Source: Nemertoderma westbladi (taxonomy: Eukaryota > Animalia > Xenacoelomorpha). From it: DNA of 64,000 bases. The DNA lies in NCBI GenBank assembly GCA_032718475.1, contig JAUCBJ010008813.1, positions 1 to 64,000 of the forward strand, read 5' to 3'. A program made the position numbers and the translations under genes. The number at the start of each line of letters is the position of its first letter. The first letter of the stretch is position 1. The notes below the pieces were generated by a model. That model saw only the letters and a list, made by a program, of their open reading frames with translations, was not told where the DNA came from and ran no database searches. Below, piece after piece: positions 1 through 12,764 of the stretch.

Positions 1-121
1 ATATGGCTACAACTGATGTCTTATGGGCTGGGCTGGCTTCCATTATGGGGCACAGGCTCATCTGCTGCACGGAAAATTATTGTCTACGCCTACATTATAT
101 TATTATTATGTATTATTATAG

Positions 122-250
122 TATGTGTTGAGCTACCAGACGGGAATGAGTTCTGTGCAGGTTGGGCTGCTTCCGGGGAATGCAACTTTAACATGGGTTA
201 CATGCACGCTCACTGTCAGACCAGCTGCGACTTCTGTCAGAATGGTGGAG
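122..250 (+). CDS. Multi-ShKT-domain protein, internal exon A (one ShKT domain); the gene starts upstream of the window
   Basis: AG at 120-121 and GTAAGT at 251; 129 nt, phase 1/1; translates CVELPDGNEFCAGWAASGECNFNMGYMHAHCQTSCDFC, the 6-Cys ShKT pattern C..C..WA..GEC..N..YM...C..SC..C. Confidence 0.9.
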
Positions 251-1087
251 GTAAGTAGCCATGCTACAGCTACAATAACAACTGTCTGTACCTATGTCGC
301 TGAGTCTGTCTGTATGGTACATTTTAGCAAATAGACATACATACCGAAAGACAAACAGAAAGAGGGAAAGACGCATATGAATACAGACATACAGACAGAC
401 ATAACGATATTTAGTCATTCAGACAGACCATCATACAGTCAGAACAAATTCGATTAAAATTCGCCAAACATTAAAACTGACTTCAGAAATGAAATTAGCG
501 AGAATAATAGTTTATCTAAGAGAAACGCTTTCTTACATTTTACATTTTTAAAACAATATTCACTAAGCCACTTTGAGCTTAAAATTCCGTTAAAAATCCT
601 TAAAAATTCAAATCCGCACTCGGTAAAACAAACGAAAAATATGCAGTACCGACCCAGAACTCGTTCACACTGAACTTCCATGATGCAAGATTAAAATTCA
701 TTTTAAAATTAAATGGTTGTCAGTAGACAGCGATGGCCTCCATGGACTCCCCTGTTTGAAGAGCGCTAGCCACCATACCTGCACCACAGCATGATAAATA
801 ACATTACGCAGCTGTGGAGTATCATCCATACTGGAACCACATGAATAATGGGAAGTGCGAGGACGATGTTACCTTGGTTAGCTGGAGCAGAGGTCGTGCT
901 CTGGTGTAAGATCCCACTGTTGTGTACCCACTCGCAACCAGCAACCTTCCCACAAGTCAAACCGTGGGCGTTTGTATAGCGGAGCAGAAGGAGGACCATA
1001 AGATAGGGAAATATTGGGAGCTAATCGACTTACCCCGGTGGTGTTTGAGACATTTGGTCGACACAGTAAAAAAAATGGGAAATTGGA

Positions 1088-2540
1088 AGGAGGATCGCAT
1101 CTCAAACACAAGAACCCCACTCCCACCAGTTTCTAGGAGGATCGCATCTCAAACACAAGAACCCCACTCCCACCGGTTTCTAGGAGGATCGCATCTCAAA
1201 CACAAGAACCCCACTCCCACCAGTTTCTAGGAGGATCGCATCTCAAACACAAGAACCCCACTCCAACTAGTTTCTAGGAGGATCGCATCTCAAACACAAG
1301 AACCCCACTCCCACTGGTTTCTAGGAGGATCGCATCTCAAACACAAGAACCCCACTCCCACTAGTTTCTAGGAGGATCGCATCTCAAACACAAGAACCCC
1401 ACTCCCACTAGTTTCTAGGAGGATCGCATCTCAAACACAAGAACCCCACTCCCACCGGTTTCTAGGAGGATCGCATCTCAAACACAAGAACCCCACTCCC
1501 ACCAGTTTCTAGGAGGATCGCATCTCAAACACAAGAACCCCACTCCCACTAGTTTCTAGGAGGATCGCATCTCAAACACAAGAACCCCACTCCCACTAGT
1601 TTCTAGGAGGATCGCATCTCAAACACAAGAACCCCACTCCCACTGGTTTCTAGGAGGATCGCATCTCAAACACAAGAACCCCACTCCCACTAGTTTCTAG
1701 GAGGATCGCATCTCAAACACAAGAACCCCACTCCCACTAGTTTCTAGGAGGATCGCATCTCAAACACAAGAACCCCACTCCCACTGGTTTCTAGGAGGAT
1801 CGCATCTCAAACACAAGAACCCCACTCCCACTAGTTTCTAGGAGGATCGCATCTCAAACACAAGAACCCCACTCCCACTAGTTTCTAGGAGGATCGCATC
1901 TCAAACACAAGAACCCCACTCCCACTAGTTTCTAGGAGGATCGCATCTCAAACACAAGAACCCCACTCCCACTAGTTTCTAGGAGGATCGCATCTCAAAC
2001 ACAAGAACCCCACTCCCACTAGTTTCTAGGAGGATCGCATCTCAAACACAAGAACCCCACTCCCACTAGTTTCTAGGAGGATCGCATCTCAAACACAAGA
2101 ACCCCACTCCCACTAGTTTCTAGGAGGATCGCATCTCAAACACAAGAACCCCACTCCCACCAGTTTCTAGGAGGATCGCATCTCAAACACAAGAACCCCA
2201 CTCCCACCAGTTTCTAGGAGGATCGCATCTCAAACACAAGAACCCCACTCCCACTAGTTTCTAGGAGGATCGCATCTCAAACACAAGAACCCCACTCCCA
2301 CTAGTTTCTAGGAGGATCGCATCTCAAACACAAGAACCCCGCTCCCACCGGTTTCTAGGAGGATCGCATCTCAAACACAAGAACCCCACTCCCACCAGTT
2401 TCTAGGAGGATCGCATCTCAAACACAAGAACCCCACTCCCACTAGTTTCTAGGAGGATCGCATCTCAAACCCAAGAACCCTGCTCCCTTCTGTTTCTAGA
2501 ACAATCACATCTCAAACACAAGAACCGCACCCCCACCAGT
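1088..2540. repeat. 47-bp minisatellite, ~31 copies, intronic
   Basis: Unit AGGAGGATCGCATCTCAAACACAAGAACCCCACTCCCACTAGTTTCT; successive copies start at 1088 and 1135; highly homogeneous. Confidence 0.97.
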
Positions 2541-2744
2541 TCTCCTTCAGTGGATGATGATAGCTATCCAGATTGGGATGAATACCATCTCAATTCTGGA
2601 ATCCACTGACTTCACCTCCGAGGGGCTATATCCTGGTGGCATAGAGCCCAGATTATATCACCTATGTTTAATTATTACGAACCTGCCTGAATGGGTGGGG
2701 TGAGTATTTTGCCCAATCTTTTTGTCTACACCATGTCCTGGAAT

Positions 2745-3134
2745 ATAGTGTTGTTATTCAGGTACCTGCACCCCCCCCCCCCCCCCCCCCCCTCCCCACC
2801 CCCAAAAAAAGAAATCGTAATGAGATTCGAATGCGCCTATCTCAGCTATTTCTCAACCAAATCCAAATATTTTTGGTCAGCTTTCCACTAAAATCACTAA
2901 AAGTTTGAAGAATAACTGCGGTGTAACTCAGTGTATTATAGATGGAGGCACTTTTTTTAATCGCTTGTAGCTAAAGAATGAAAGCAAAAATAAAAATTCT
3001 GGCTCACCCAGCAAGGAGGAGGGAGTACTAACTAACTCTGTTTCAAATTTCATGCAATCTCATTACGATTTGTAGAAAAAATTGGGGGGGGGGGGGGGGG
3101 GGGGGGCAGGTACCTGAATAACGAACGATACTAT
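2745..3134. mobile_element. MITE-like element with terminal inverted repeats and subterminal poly-C/poly-G
   Basis: Left ATAGTGTTGTTATTCAGGTACCTGC-(C)n; right (G)n-GCAGGTACCTGAATAACGAACGATACTAT is its imperfect reverse complement. Confidence 0.7.
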
Positions 3135-4458
3135 GTGTATGTGTAAGTATGTAAGTAAGCTTGCACTGGTTAAAGCTATATACTAACCTTTTGGGAACTG
3201 GGGACATCCCAAGAATGTTCAAACTAGAAATTCGTAATCTTCATTGCCAAATGAGTCTAAATGTGAAATTTCATTGTAATTAGGCTCAGTCGCCACTTTG
3301 TTTATGTTACCCAAACTTGTGTGTGTTCTGTGTGTAAATGGTGTGCATACCCCCAATTCATACTATAACATTCTTAAGTATACATTATATAAATCACTTA
3401 GGCCCGTGCTCCACTGGTAAGTCGTAGGTCATAAGTCAAAATAAATTAAGGAACACATTGGTTTCAATGGGATCGTCATTGGGACCCATGAGTCGAAAGT
3501 GATTATGTCCCTTGTTCCATCTTTGACATACGACTCATGTGTTATATCCGGAAAGAGGCCTATGATTGGTTTCTTTGGGTAGCAGCAAGCCAGAAAATAG
3601 GGTACAGAGAAAAAATGTGGGACGCATCTTATATTTTTTAAGAAAATACTTATGACTTATGACTTACCAAATGACTAGACAAAATCTGAAAACGACTTAT
3701 GACATACGTACGACTGAGTTTAGTTTTAACGACCCCAGTTTGTGGTTGAGATTATGTAGATTGTGTTATGTTCAATTATATAGCTCAGGCAATCCCTAAA
3801 TAATGTTTTTGCTTTATACACTTGTGAATCATAAAAGTTAATATTTTCCTATGAGTTACCTATTGTCGTGCCAGTTTCCTCAGTTAAGAATATTGAATAT
3901 ATTGACGAAAACACACCATTCTAAATACTGTCCCATGCGCACATCTGTGGACATTAGTTATTTAATGCTGGGAGTATTATATTAGGCCTTATGTATCTAG
4001 TTGCAATGTTTCTTTAAAATATAAGGGTTTATGTATGTATGTCAGTATGTATCCATCTGCCATAAATCAGCAGTTACTCATACAGTTTCGAGACTTAGAC
4101 TCGCATAGATATAAAGGTTGTCAGTCTGCGCTTAGGAAAAATATTTTATGACAATACAGGACAATGCGCAACGAGGCGTATAATGAAGACGAGCAATGCA
4201 AGTTTTACAACTTCTTATTATGGTTTTATAACTCCACTGAAGTAATACTGTAACCACTATGTTAATAGACTCCATCATATACGAGCTGACCAATTAGCGA
4301 AAGGTTGATTGAGAACTGAACATAGTGATCTACATAAGTAATTTGTAATATAATTAATTTTATTAAAAGCATTGCAAAAACTGAAAGTGCCAATGGTCGT
4401 CAATTGAGAGTTTACAAAAAAATCCTGTGAAATCTTATTATTCTTCTTTCCATCTCAG

Positions 4459-4590
4459 CATGCATCGAAGATATTGACAGAAACGAACACTGTCCAGGGT
4501 GGGCTGCAGCTAACCAATGTATCGATAACCCATCCTACATGTACAACTACTGTCAAACCTCATGTGATTACTGCAGTGATGGGCCTGGAC
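4459..4590 (+). CDS. Multi-ShKT protein exon B (one ShKT domain)
   Basis: Pyrimidine tract + CAG acceptor, GTAAGT donor; 132 nt, phase 1/1; CIEDIDRNEHCPGWAAANQCIDNPSYMYNYCQTSCDYC; absent from the ORF track. Confidence 0.9.
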
Positions 4591-4769
4591 GTAAGTAACA
4601 AATTAACATTATTATTTTTGTTTAGGCCTATTAAGTTATAAATAAGCAGTCGTTATTTAACTCAGTTGCCTAAACGATAGCAAAATTTATTTTTTATACA
4701 AAATACAAAATCTACTTACTATGGACCAATTGATAATAATTACAAATTATATACTTTTTTTCATTTCAG

Positions 4770-4790
4770 CAAACAACTGTGCAACAATAG
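4770..4790 (+). CDS. Probable 21-nt microexon of the ShKT gene (linker PNNCATI)
   Basis: TTTTTTTCATTTCAG|CAAACAACTGTGCAACAATAG|GTAAGT; near-consensus splice sites, frame-preserving, phase 1/1. Confidence 0.7.
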   Translation, partial: QTTVQQ

Positions 4791-5839
4791 GTAAGTGATT
4801 TTTATGTGTGTAATGTAAATAAAATCTCCATTGTACATAAAATTTAAAATTTTAATTGAAAAAATTCGGTTTTTAACTAATATTTTAAAAAATGAGTGAC
4901 CTTTCTTCACAAATTATTCAGAATATTAGTTTAAAAAAAAGATAAAAAATTAATATGTTAAAACTCTTTTTTCACAAATTTTGAAATTATTGAGTGAGAG
5001 TAGGCCTACCTGTGCGGTACTAAGATATATTATGTCTAGGCCTACAATAAGTAAGGTACGGTGTTGGTATACAGTAAAACAATAATAATAATGTATTGTA
5101 AAGGTCTGGTCCATCCTACAGAGCCGAACACCTGGTAGGCCTAGTAGTAACATCCTTCTTGACGATAGACCTATGGATGAACCTGACTACTTTAATGAGA
5201 GGATGACACTATGTTATGGGTGCTTCCACTTAAGACAAAATTATGATCTTGCATTTAGTCACACGTACTTTCACACTAACAATTTGAAACAAAATTATCA
5301 TTCTTGAAAAAATAATCTCAGATAACCCCTAGCGGCGACCACTTGAACTGGAACAAACTTATCTAATTCTTGGCATCGACTTAAATTCTTCGTAACTAAC
5401 TTATTCGGATTCAGCGCATCAAATTACATAAAAGTTATGCTTTTTATGTACAAAGGTTAGTTTTTTTTAATTTTATTCAACTTTTTAACAATACTGAGGT
5501 CAATGACCTCAATAGAGGTAATTTTTCAAAAATATGGTGAAAATAAACGGTCAATGGATATTACGATTTAGTCAAAAAGTATAAATTTGGTGGGTACTAC
5601 GAAAGTCATCAAAATGAGACCAAAATTGGGGCGTTTGATGAAAAATTGACTAAGCAGATTCATGTCAGAAAATGGCAAAAATGTAAAACATACAAGATAT
5701 TTCGATATTTCAAAAATTATAAATGCTCTGAATACTATTAAAATATTATTTTCTGACTAATTCTGAGGCGCTGAATCGAATGGAACTGGATTTATGAGAC
5801 GAAACCGAAGATGAGGACCCCTATCACAAAAGCTAGTAA

Positions 5840-5960
5840 GCTGTCTGTGTGTTGTCTGCTGTCTGTTGAACCCTGTCGGTTGTCGTCTCTGCTGTCGGTT
5901 GAACCCTGTCGTTTTTCTGCTGTCGGTTGAACCCTGTCGGTTGTCTGCTGTCGGCTGTCT
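5840..5960. repeat. Short degenerate (TGTCTGCTGTCGGT)-type simple repeat
   Basis: Same motif family as the larger array at 40739-41450. Confidence 0.6.
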
Positions 5961-6759
5961 CAAATTAGTATCTTAATATAGTCGAAAAAATGTAAACCTC
6001 GAGTCGTTATATCAGCTGTAACTCGAAATCTAAAAAAGATACAGACAGCCATACCGTAAGGGAAAACACTCCTTTCCACTAAATGTTTAGCGAAATTCAG
6101 ATATCTTGCCATATGTTAAGGGTACTGCACATGTTATCATTCTAGCTTGAACAGCATTCTAGCCAAAAACTTGCCAACGCATTGCATTAAAACTCAACCA
6201 CTAGGTTGAATTTCGCTAAAGTGGAAGTGTGAAAAAAGCGACGTTTTCCGCTTAATTTGTTTATATAATAATAGTCTTTTTATATTTACTCGTCTTCATT
6301 ACTAATTAATAGATGTATAGTGACCTTATCAGCTGATAGGGCAGTGCGGTGGTGGGAAGTAATAATTGTAATATGTAATGTAAAATGTTAGATTTGAATT
6401 TGTACTATGAATTATAAAAGTAAATTTAGAATAAAAAAAAATATATAATCTGCCATAAAAAAAAATAAATAAATAGATGTATAGTTACTTTATAGTTTCA
6501 CCAATTACCAAACTAAAAATTAAATTATTTTAAATTATCTAACAATTATTATTATTATTAACATACACGAGCCGAGGCTCAGTACAGCATACATACAATG
6601 AACATAAACCAAAAAATATATAAAGAAGCACAATAAATTGACATGGACACTACTAATACCCAAACCTATTAAATTGAACACAAACAAAGAAAGAAATATA
6701 ATAATGAAAGGAATAACAACTATTCGTAAGCAATTCACACATAGTCATATAAACATTTT

Positions 6760-7310
6760 ATTTCATCCGAACTGAATCCCGGTACTACACATTCAGTAAT
6801 AAGAATGTTGGATAACTCTAACTATTACAAAAAAACAGTAATAGCAAAATGAAATTCTTGTCTGAGTTTAGCTAATTTGGAAATAAATTCCGCTCTCTTA
6901 CGAAGTACATCACTATTTATTAAACACTTGTAATCTAATTTAACACCTAAATCTGTCGCCTCTTGCACCCATGGTGAAACAATATCATTTACAGTAATTC
7001 TACAATCAGGGGGGGTTCCACTCAAACTGAAAAGGGATACATTTACATTCATAAATTGTAAACCTATTACAGACGGACATAACAATAAAACATCATTGGC
7101 ATACACTGGGCATCCAAAATACTGAGAATCTATATAACAACCCACCTAAGATAGTTTCAGTCTATGTATTAAAATATTTAACACTATACAGAAAAGCACA
7201 GGCGAAACTATAGAGCCTTGTCTAACTCCATTACGAACATTAAATTTCACTGAACATGAGCTATTACACCTCACATAGCATTCCTGAACACGATAAATAA
7301 ACAGTAAGCA
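6760..7310 (-). mobile_element. Degenerate LINE reverse-transcriptase fragment (CR1/L2/Jockey-like)
   Basis: Minus strand gives GVRQG..VSP, then GCYIDSQYFGCPVYANDVLLLCPSVIGLQ (YADD-like box) and DLGV; interrupted reading frame. Confidence 0.7.
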
Positions 7311-7445
7311 CCTTAGAAATTACAATTAACAATGATTATTACAAATAATTATTACTAACTACAATAATTCCAACAACAAAATGAATATTTAAAATCAGAA
7401 ATATATTGAACTACAGTAATGCTATGTTATTTTTTAATAAATTAG

Positions 7446-7574
7446 GTTGCTTTGAGGAACAAGATTTGAACTTCCATTGTCCGGGTTGGGCAGTTGATGG
7501 CGAATGTATATCAAACCCATCCTACATGTATGAAAAATGTCAGACTTCCTGCAACATGTGTAACGATGGAACAG
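7446..7574 (+). CDS. Multi-ShKT protein exon C (one ShKT domain)
   Basis: TAG acceptor, GTTAGC donor; 129 nt, phase 1/1; CFEEQDLNFHCPGWAVDGECISNPSYMYEKCQTSCNMC. Confidence 0.88.
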
Positions 7575-8585
7575 GTTAGCTATTCACACAACTTGTAATA
7601 AAATATATTACAGGTCCTTTTATATATGGAACATACACTGGCTTCTGGTCCTCATGGTAAAAGAAATGTCCTGCAAAGCGAAGGCGGCTCTGTTGAAGTG
7701 TCAAGTGTGGGGAAACTGTGAAACACATATAATGCTGCATAGTGTCTGGTTGGAGATTTGTGTATTGTATTTGACACAGTGAATCTTACATAGCATTCTG
7801 GTGTATATGCATCCACAGATTTGATGTCCTCAGCAGTTAGAGCAAAGAATGGACTCAAATATGGGTCACGAGACCATGAGACATAGGAGTAGTACTGGTT
7901 CCATAGCTGATCCAAATAATCAAATCGAATCTAAGTGACTTCCGAATCAGATTCAATGCTGTCTATGCCTTCCCTTCATTATTCGAAGGTAATCAAATCA
8001 CACGATTACCAGTTCCATGATCCTAGCCTCAGTACCAGAAGTCAACCACATGATCAATCACATCATACTTACAGCTTATGTTCATATGATGAGACATTTT
8101 AAGAGACTGTCAAAGTTGACTGTCAAATTTGTTGTCTACTTGGAGTAACAATAAGAACAGCACTAGAAGCAGCCTGTTCCAATGAGCTGAGTAGAAGTTG
8201 GGCTTTCTCTAGTGATGCTAAGAGCCAATACCAGTTAGGTGTTTGGCTGGATTTCCTCGATTTCGGATATATATATCTTGGTACATACAAAGTACATATA
8301 ATAGAGTAATATGTGTGTGGTGGTATGTTTGTGGTACTGTTTGTGGTAGATACTGGTATATATTTGTTTAATTGCCCATTCTTTCTCCCTTTGGGTCTTC
8401 ACACTCAAAATGTCATATCTTGGCTTCGAATCCTGAAAATGCCTTCCTTCGGAAGGTGAATTTCCTCTCCTTTGGTCTCCTTGGATTTGTAGTCACCATC
8501 ACGATATGGATGCTAACTGAGCTGATTTCCTTTGGTTTGTAGTCTCCATTCCGATATGGATGCTAACTCTGCTGATTTATTTCAG

Positions 8586-8843
8586 TTTGTCCTTTCCGAC
8601 CCGATATGAATGATAACTGTGAAGGATGGGCTGCGGCTGGAGAATGCACTGCTAACCCTCGCTACATGTATAACTACTGCCAGGTCAGCTGTAACTACTG
8701 TGACATCCAAGGGACCTGCATAGAACAACCTGATATTGGTCCCGAGTGTGATGGATGGGCAGCGGTGAATGAATGTACTAACAACCCGGATTACATGTAT
8801 CAACACTGTCAAACTGCTTGTAACAAATGTAACGATGGTATAG
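8586..8843 (+). CDS. Multi-ShKT protein exon D (two ShKT domains)
   Basis: TTTCAG acceptor, GTGAGA donor; 258 nt, phase 1/1; CPFRPDMNDNCEGWAAAGEC...SCNYC and CIEQPDIGPECDGWAAVNEC...ACNKC. Confidence 0.92.
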
Positions 8844-9149
8844 GTGAGAGTTACTTTCTTATATTAATAAATGTGTGTAATTAAATTGTATACTCTACAG
8901 TACCCTACCAAATAACACTGTATACTATACAGCTTTACTTATTGTATTATTAATTTAGGGGTGAAGAAAATATATCACATTATATTTATCTAAAAATAGC
9001 TCTAAGTCCAAAATATCGGACACATCAGTTGAATCCTAAATTGAACTAAATCCGAATTAATTTTGTTATAATTTAATTTAATTTATTTTAATTTAATTTC
9101 AAGTTAATGTGTTGCAAAAAACATTTTATAATATATTTCTATGTTTTAG

Positions 9150-9206
9150 TTTGCATTGAATTGCCTGACGCAATTGGGTCAGACTGTGCAGTATGGGCAG
9201 CCGCTG
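9150..9206 (+). CDS. Multi-ShKT protein exon E (N-terminal half of the last ShKT domain)
   Basis: TTTTAG acceptor, GTAAGT donor; 57 nt; CIELPDAIGSDCAVWAAA(G). Confidence 0.88.
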
Positions 9207-10868
9207 GTAAGTAACGGTAACTAAGAAACTAAAACTTTAAAAATATAAATATAATATTTTAACATATAATAGTACAAGGGCCAGCCAGCATAGGGGATAC
9301 TTTTTGGTAACCACCGGAACTTATATTTTTGGGAAGACCTAGCTTCTGGCCATTCATTTTGATATGATAACAAATCTGAATCGGTAGCTGACTAGGTGTT
9401 ATCACCGGTTGTCATGGAAATGGTAAAACAACAAACATGCTGTAGTATTCTAATAACTCAATATAAATTCATTGCATCTTTTGAAAAAGATAGCTACTGG
9501 TCCAACAATTCTAAATGTGACATAAAATTCTGGAATATAATTATTGTTACCATGGGAATGCTGCTATATGAAAACTGACATGTTTTAGAAAAATAGCTAC
9601 CATTCTAGAACCATTATTTTAAAAACAAATTACCACATTTTATTGAATATTAGTTTTGGAAAAGAGGGCTAAACCTGTTTTGTTATAATGGTGATATATG
9701 GTTCCAAAGATATACCCATGTTTGAATTATTTTTATTTTCCATCATTTTAATCTCATTCCACTCTGTTTCAAAATAATGACTTTAACAAATTTTATGTCA
9801 ATAAAAAACAATCAAGATGTGACTGCAAATCACTTTAAAATGACAAGTGACATCTAAATGGCATTTCAGGCCAATCACTTGTCCCGACGTCCTCTTCACC
9901 AACATCTCCTCCTCCTCTCCTTGTTCGGCGTCGTACCGGTGGCCCCACCGTCGCCGTTCCGGTGGGCCGTCCATCGCCCTCAGCCTGTGGCTGGCCGGCG
10001 ACTTCGGTACTCTGACCACCATCATGCGTCGACTCGTCCCTCCCTCGTGGGTGACGGCCGCCCTCCGCTTGGGGTACCGGATCGTTCCTCGTCAGCGAAT
10101 CCGGCGTCGCAGGTCGATACCGTCTCGTCGCGGCCTCGCGGATCATTTGGTTGGTGTCATCCGGGGTCCGCGGCGGCGTCCTCTGTCCCTCTGAATCTCG
10201 GGGCTCTCTATCGCTCATCTCTCTTTGCTATGATAACTGGCAGTCACAGTTTAGTGGTTGTTGCAATTGTCTTACTGTGACGGGATCAGGGATCCCGACT
10301 GGGTTAATGCTTGTACGCATCGCCCTAGGCTGATATCAGGTAACTTGGCCGAGGCCATTGGAGAAAAATGTTTTAGAGTTTGATGTTCCTTGGGTTCCAA
10401 CATATATATAATAATAATAGCACAGTTGATGACGGAATGACAAACCGGTAATAGTAGTAACTGAATGACAGCGTATAACAGCACTTAGTGACGACGGTAA
10501 GACAATGTTGCTGGTCTGCACTGAAACTGATAACTGGGTAACTGAATGATAAACCGGTAGCAAGGAGATAATATATGATATACCAATATTACTTTACTCC
10601 TACGCTACATTGGCCTGCTACCTAGTGGATGCTCTCCTTTGCCCTTATTGGCTAGTAACCCACTTCTCACCCTTCCTGTCTCTGGGAGTGTTTCCCCTCT
10701 GTTGCTAGCCCCTGCTAGCTGTGTCCCCTCTGAGGTGGTTTGACCTCTAACCTCCCCTTGTGTGTGGCTTTGGGGATTGTACTGTCCCCCGATGTTGGTT
10801 GTGATACGAGATTAATTATTGCTAATCCTGTATCTCCAACATATTGCTGAAAATGCCACCATCCCATT

Positions 10869-11533
10869 TTATGAGGGTAATGAGGCGGAATTGAATCCGC
10901 TTACAGATTTCGTTGTTCTGCTAGCACGCACACTAAGTCTTACCTTGGCCACAATAAGGCGGTGATCACTGGAGAAGGATCGTAGTGTAAATGCATTACA
11001 GTCTTGCATAGAGCTCCTGTATTTCCTACGAAACAGGATATGGTCTATCTGGGACTTGTGACCACTGGGTCCACTATGAGTCCATAGCTTTCCAGCTCGC
11101 TTCTTGAACTGGGTTCCAGCCGAAAACAATCCATTTCCAGAGATAAAATCCTGAAGATGGACGGAATTTCGGTTAACACTATTTCTATAGACCCAGGGCG
11201 ATGTAGGTGATTGATGCAGACTTGCATTAAAGTCTCCCAGGAATGTTAAGAATGCATGCCGATCCACTCAATCAGTAGCTGCTTGTAGATTCTGGTAGAA
11301 ATTTTCCACCTCCTCTACAGGGGCAACACTAGTTGGAGAGTAGCATACAATCAGAACCACCTTAAGAAACTTCTTAGCCAGTCTTCCAGAACATGAGAAG
11401 TGGCAATGGATGATGCGGTTAGAGATTTGGTCTATTTTGTCCAATGCTGCATGTGCAGTTGGATTCATCAATAGACCAATTCCACCATTGCCACTATCAT
11501 CAGCTGAAGAGAGGCCGAGTCGCCAACCGCCCC
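10869..11533 (-). mobile_element. LINE (RTE-like) AP-endonuclease fragment, truncated by the LTR element
   Basis: Motifs GIGLLM, CYSPT..A..EEVENFY, LGDFNA, SQIDHIL, SDHRLIVAKVRL; in-frame stop at 11268. Confidence 0.85.
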
Positions 11534-12661
11534 TGTTCGCGCTTTTAGACCTTTAGCAGTTTAACCTGCCAATTTTAGTTGTCTTCTTGTTTATAAATCG
11601 ACTTTAGCCTAGACCAATTATTTAGTGTACTGAAGTTACATCCTCCGAAGCCAGTCTGTGCGCGATCATTCACCCACAGTTAAGGGAGACTGGATTCGGG
11701 TGCTTTGAAGTTATTGCGGTGCAGACCTATATGTATTATTCGATTGATCGTTACTATATAATCTCTGACAAATATATTTGCTTTCGGGGAAATATTAACA
11801 GTTCCTTTAGGACGTGGCGCTTTAAGTATAAAATCAGAGTTATGACTTATACTAATCACAACTAGATGGCTACTGAGTTTCGTAAATAGCGCATTCTTTA
11901 GGAGATGCTTTATTATCTGTCAAACTACTTCACACGACTTCACACTACTTCACACTACTGCACACTGATCTGCCGACCGTCACTGAATTTGATCATATAT
12001 AAGGAAGATCGCAACTGACACGTGTAGGGATTATGAAATAGCATTTAATTCACACAAAAAACCACTATAATGTAAGTCGCAGTTGCTACCGGTAACCTGT
12101 TCCTCTCACCTTCAGTAATCAAGAAGATTGGGGGTTTTATGAGTATTCATCGGTATTATCCAAATATATCAGCAATATATATCCATATAACAACAATTAA
12201 TAACAGAAGTAAAATAATGCGGTGAACAATCAGTATGTGTTACAACAGTAATTAAGCAATGTTACGAGTCATGGGCGTAATGCATTGAATTGATAATAGA
12301 TTTACGTTCTTGTAATCAAAGCCATCAGATGTTTAGGCCAAAGTCTGAAACTTCCAAAACAGAAGCACAGAAGAATTCTAAGCCGGTTCTCTGGCTCAGA
12401 AAGGTAAACAAAGACCGTAATGCATTGCGCGGTTTTCCATAGGCCCCTGTTCAACATAAAGTGAAAATCGCTCTGATTGGCTGAGCAGAACAAAGAGGTT
12501 CCACGTCTACAGGAAATCAGCTGACAGATTTCGTCATCTGAGCTCCAATCTTTTAGAGTATTATGCGCATTGCGGCAAAAATGACTTGTTATGTCCGCTA
12601 AAGCACCTACACTGTGCATTGCGGGGAAAAATGACTTGTTATGTCCACAAAAGCTTTTACA
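11534..12661 (-). repeat. 3' LTR of the BEL/Pao element
   Basis: TGTTCGCGCTTTTAGACC...AAGCTTTTACA; preceded on the minus strand by purine-rich GGGAGCGG (PPT-like). Confidence 0.88.
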
Positions 12662-12764
12662 CCGCTCCCAGAAAATGGGATTTAATTCTATAAAATATAA
12701 AAAATCACAGTTTCTAAAATATAAAAATACTCTAAACAGTTAGTCCTTCTTTCGTGAACGGCGT

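Noticed and set aside
720-1085. Possible Penelope-like RT remnant (AMASMDSP, PRWCLRHLVDT)
   Set aside because: Resemblance to AMGSP and RYVDD motifs is too weak and fragmentary
1088-2540. CRISPR-like appearance of regular repeats (also the 63-bp and 36-bp arrays)
   Set aside because: No unique spacers, no cas genes, eukaryotic spliced-gene context
9396-9578. Duplicated small protein gene (with 26342-26527)
   Set aside because: Both ORFs lie inside the long inverted repeats, start at non-ATG codons and show no recognisable domain
9835-10280. GC-rich overlapping ORFs inside the long-TIR element
   Set aside because: Low-complexity, no identifiable motif; may be a truncated retroelement 5' region but cannot be supported
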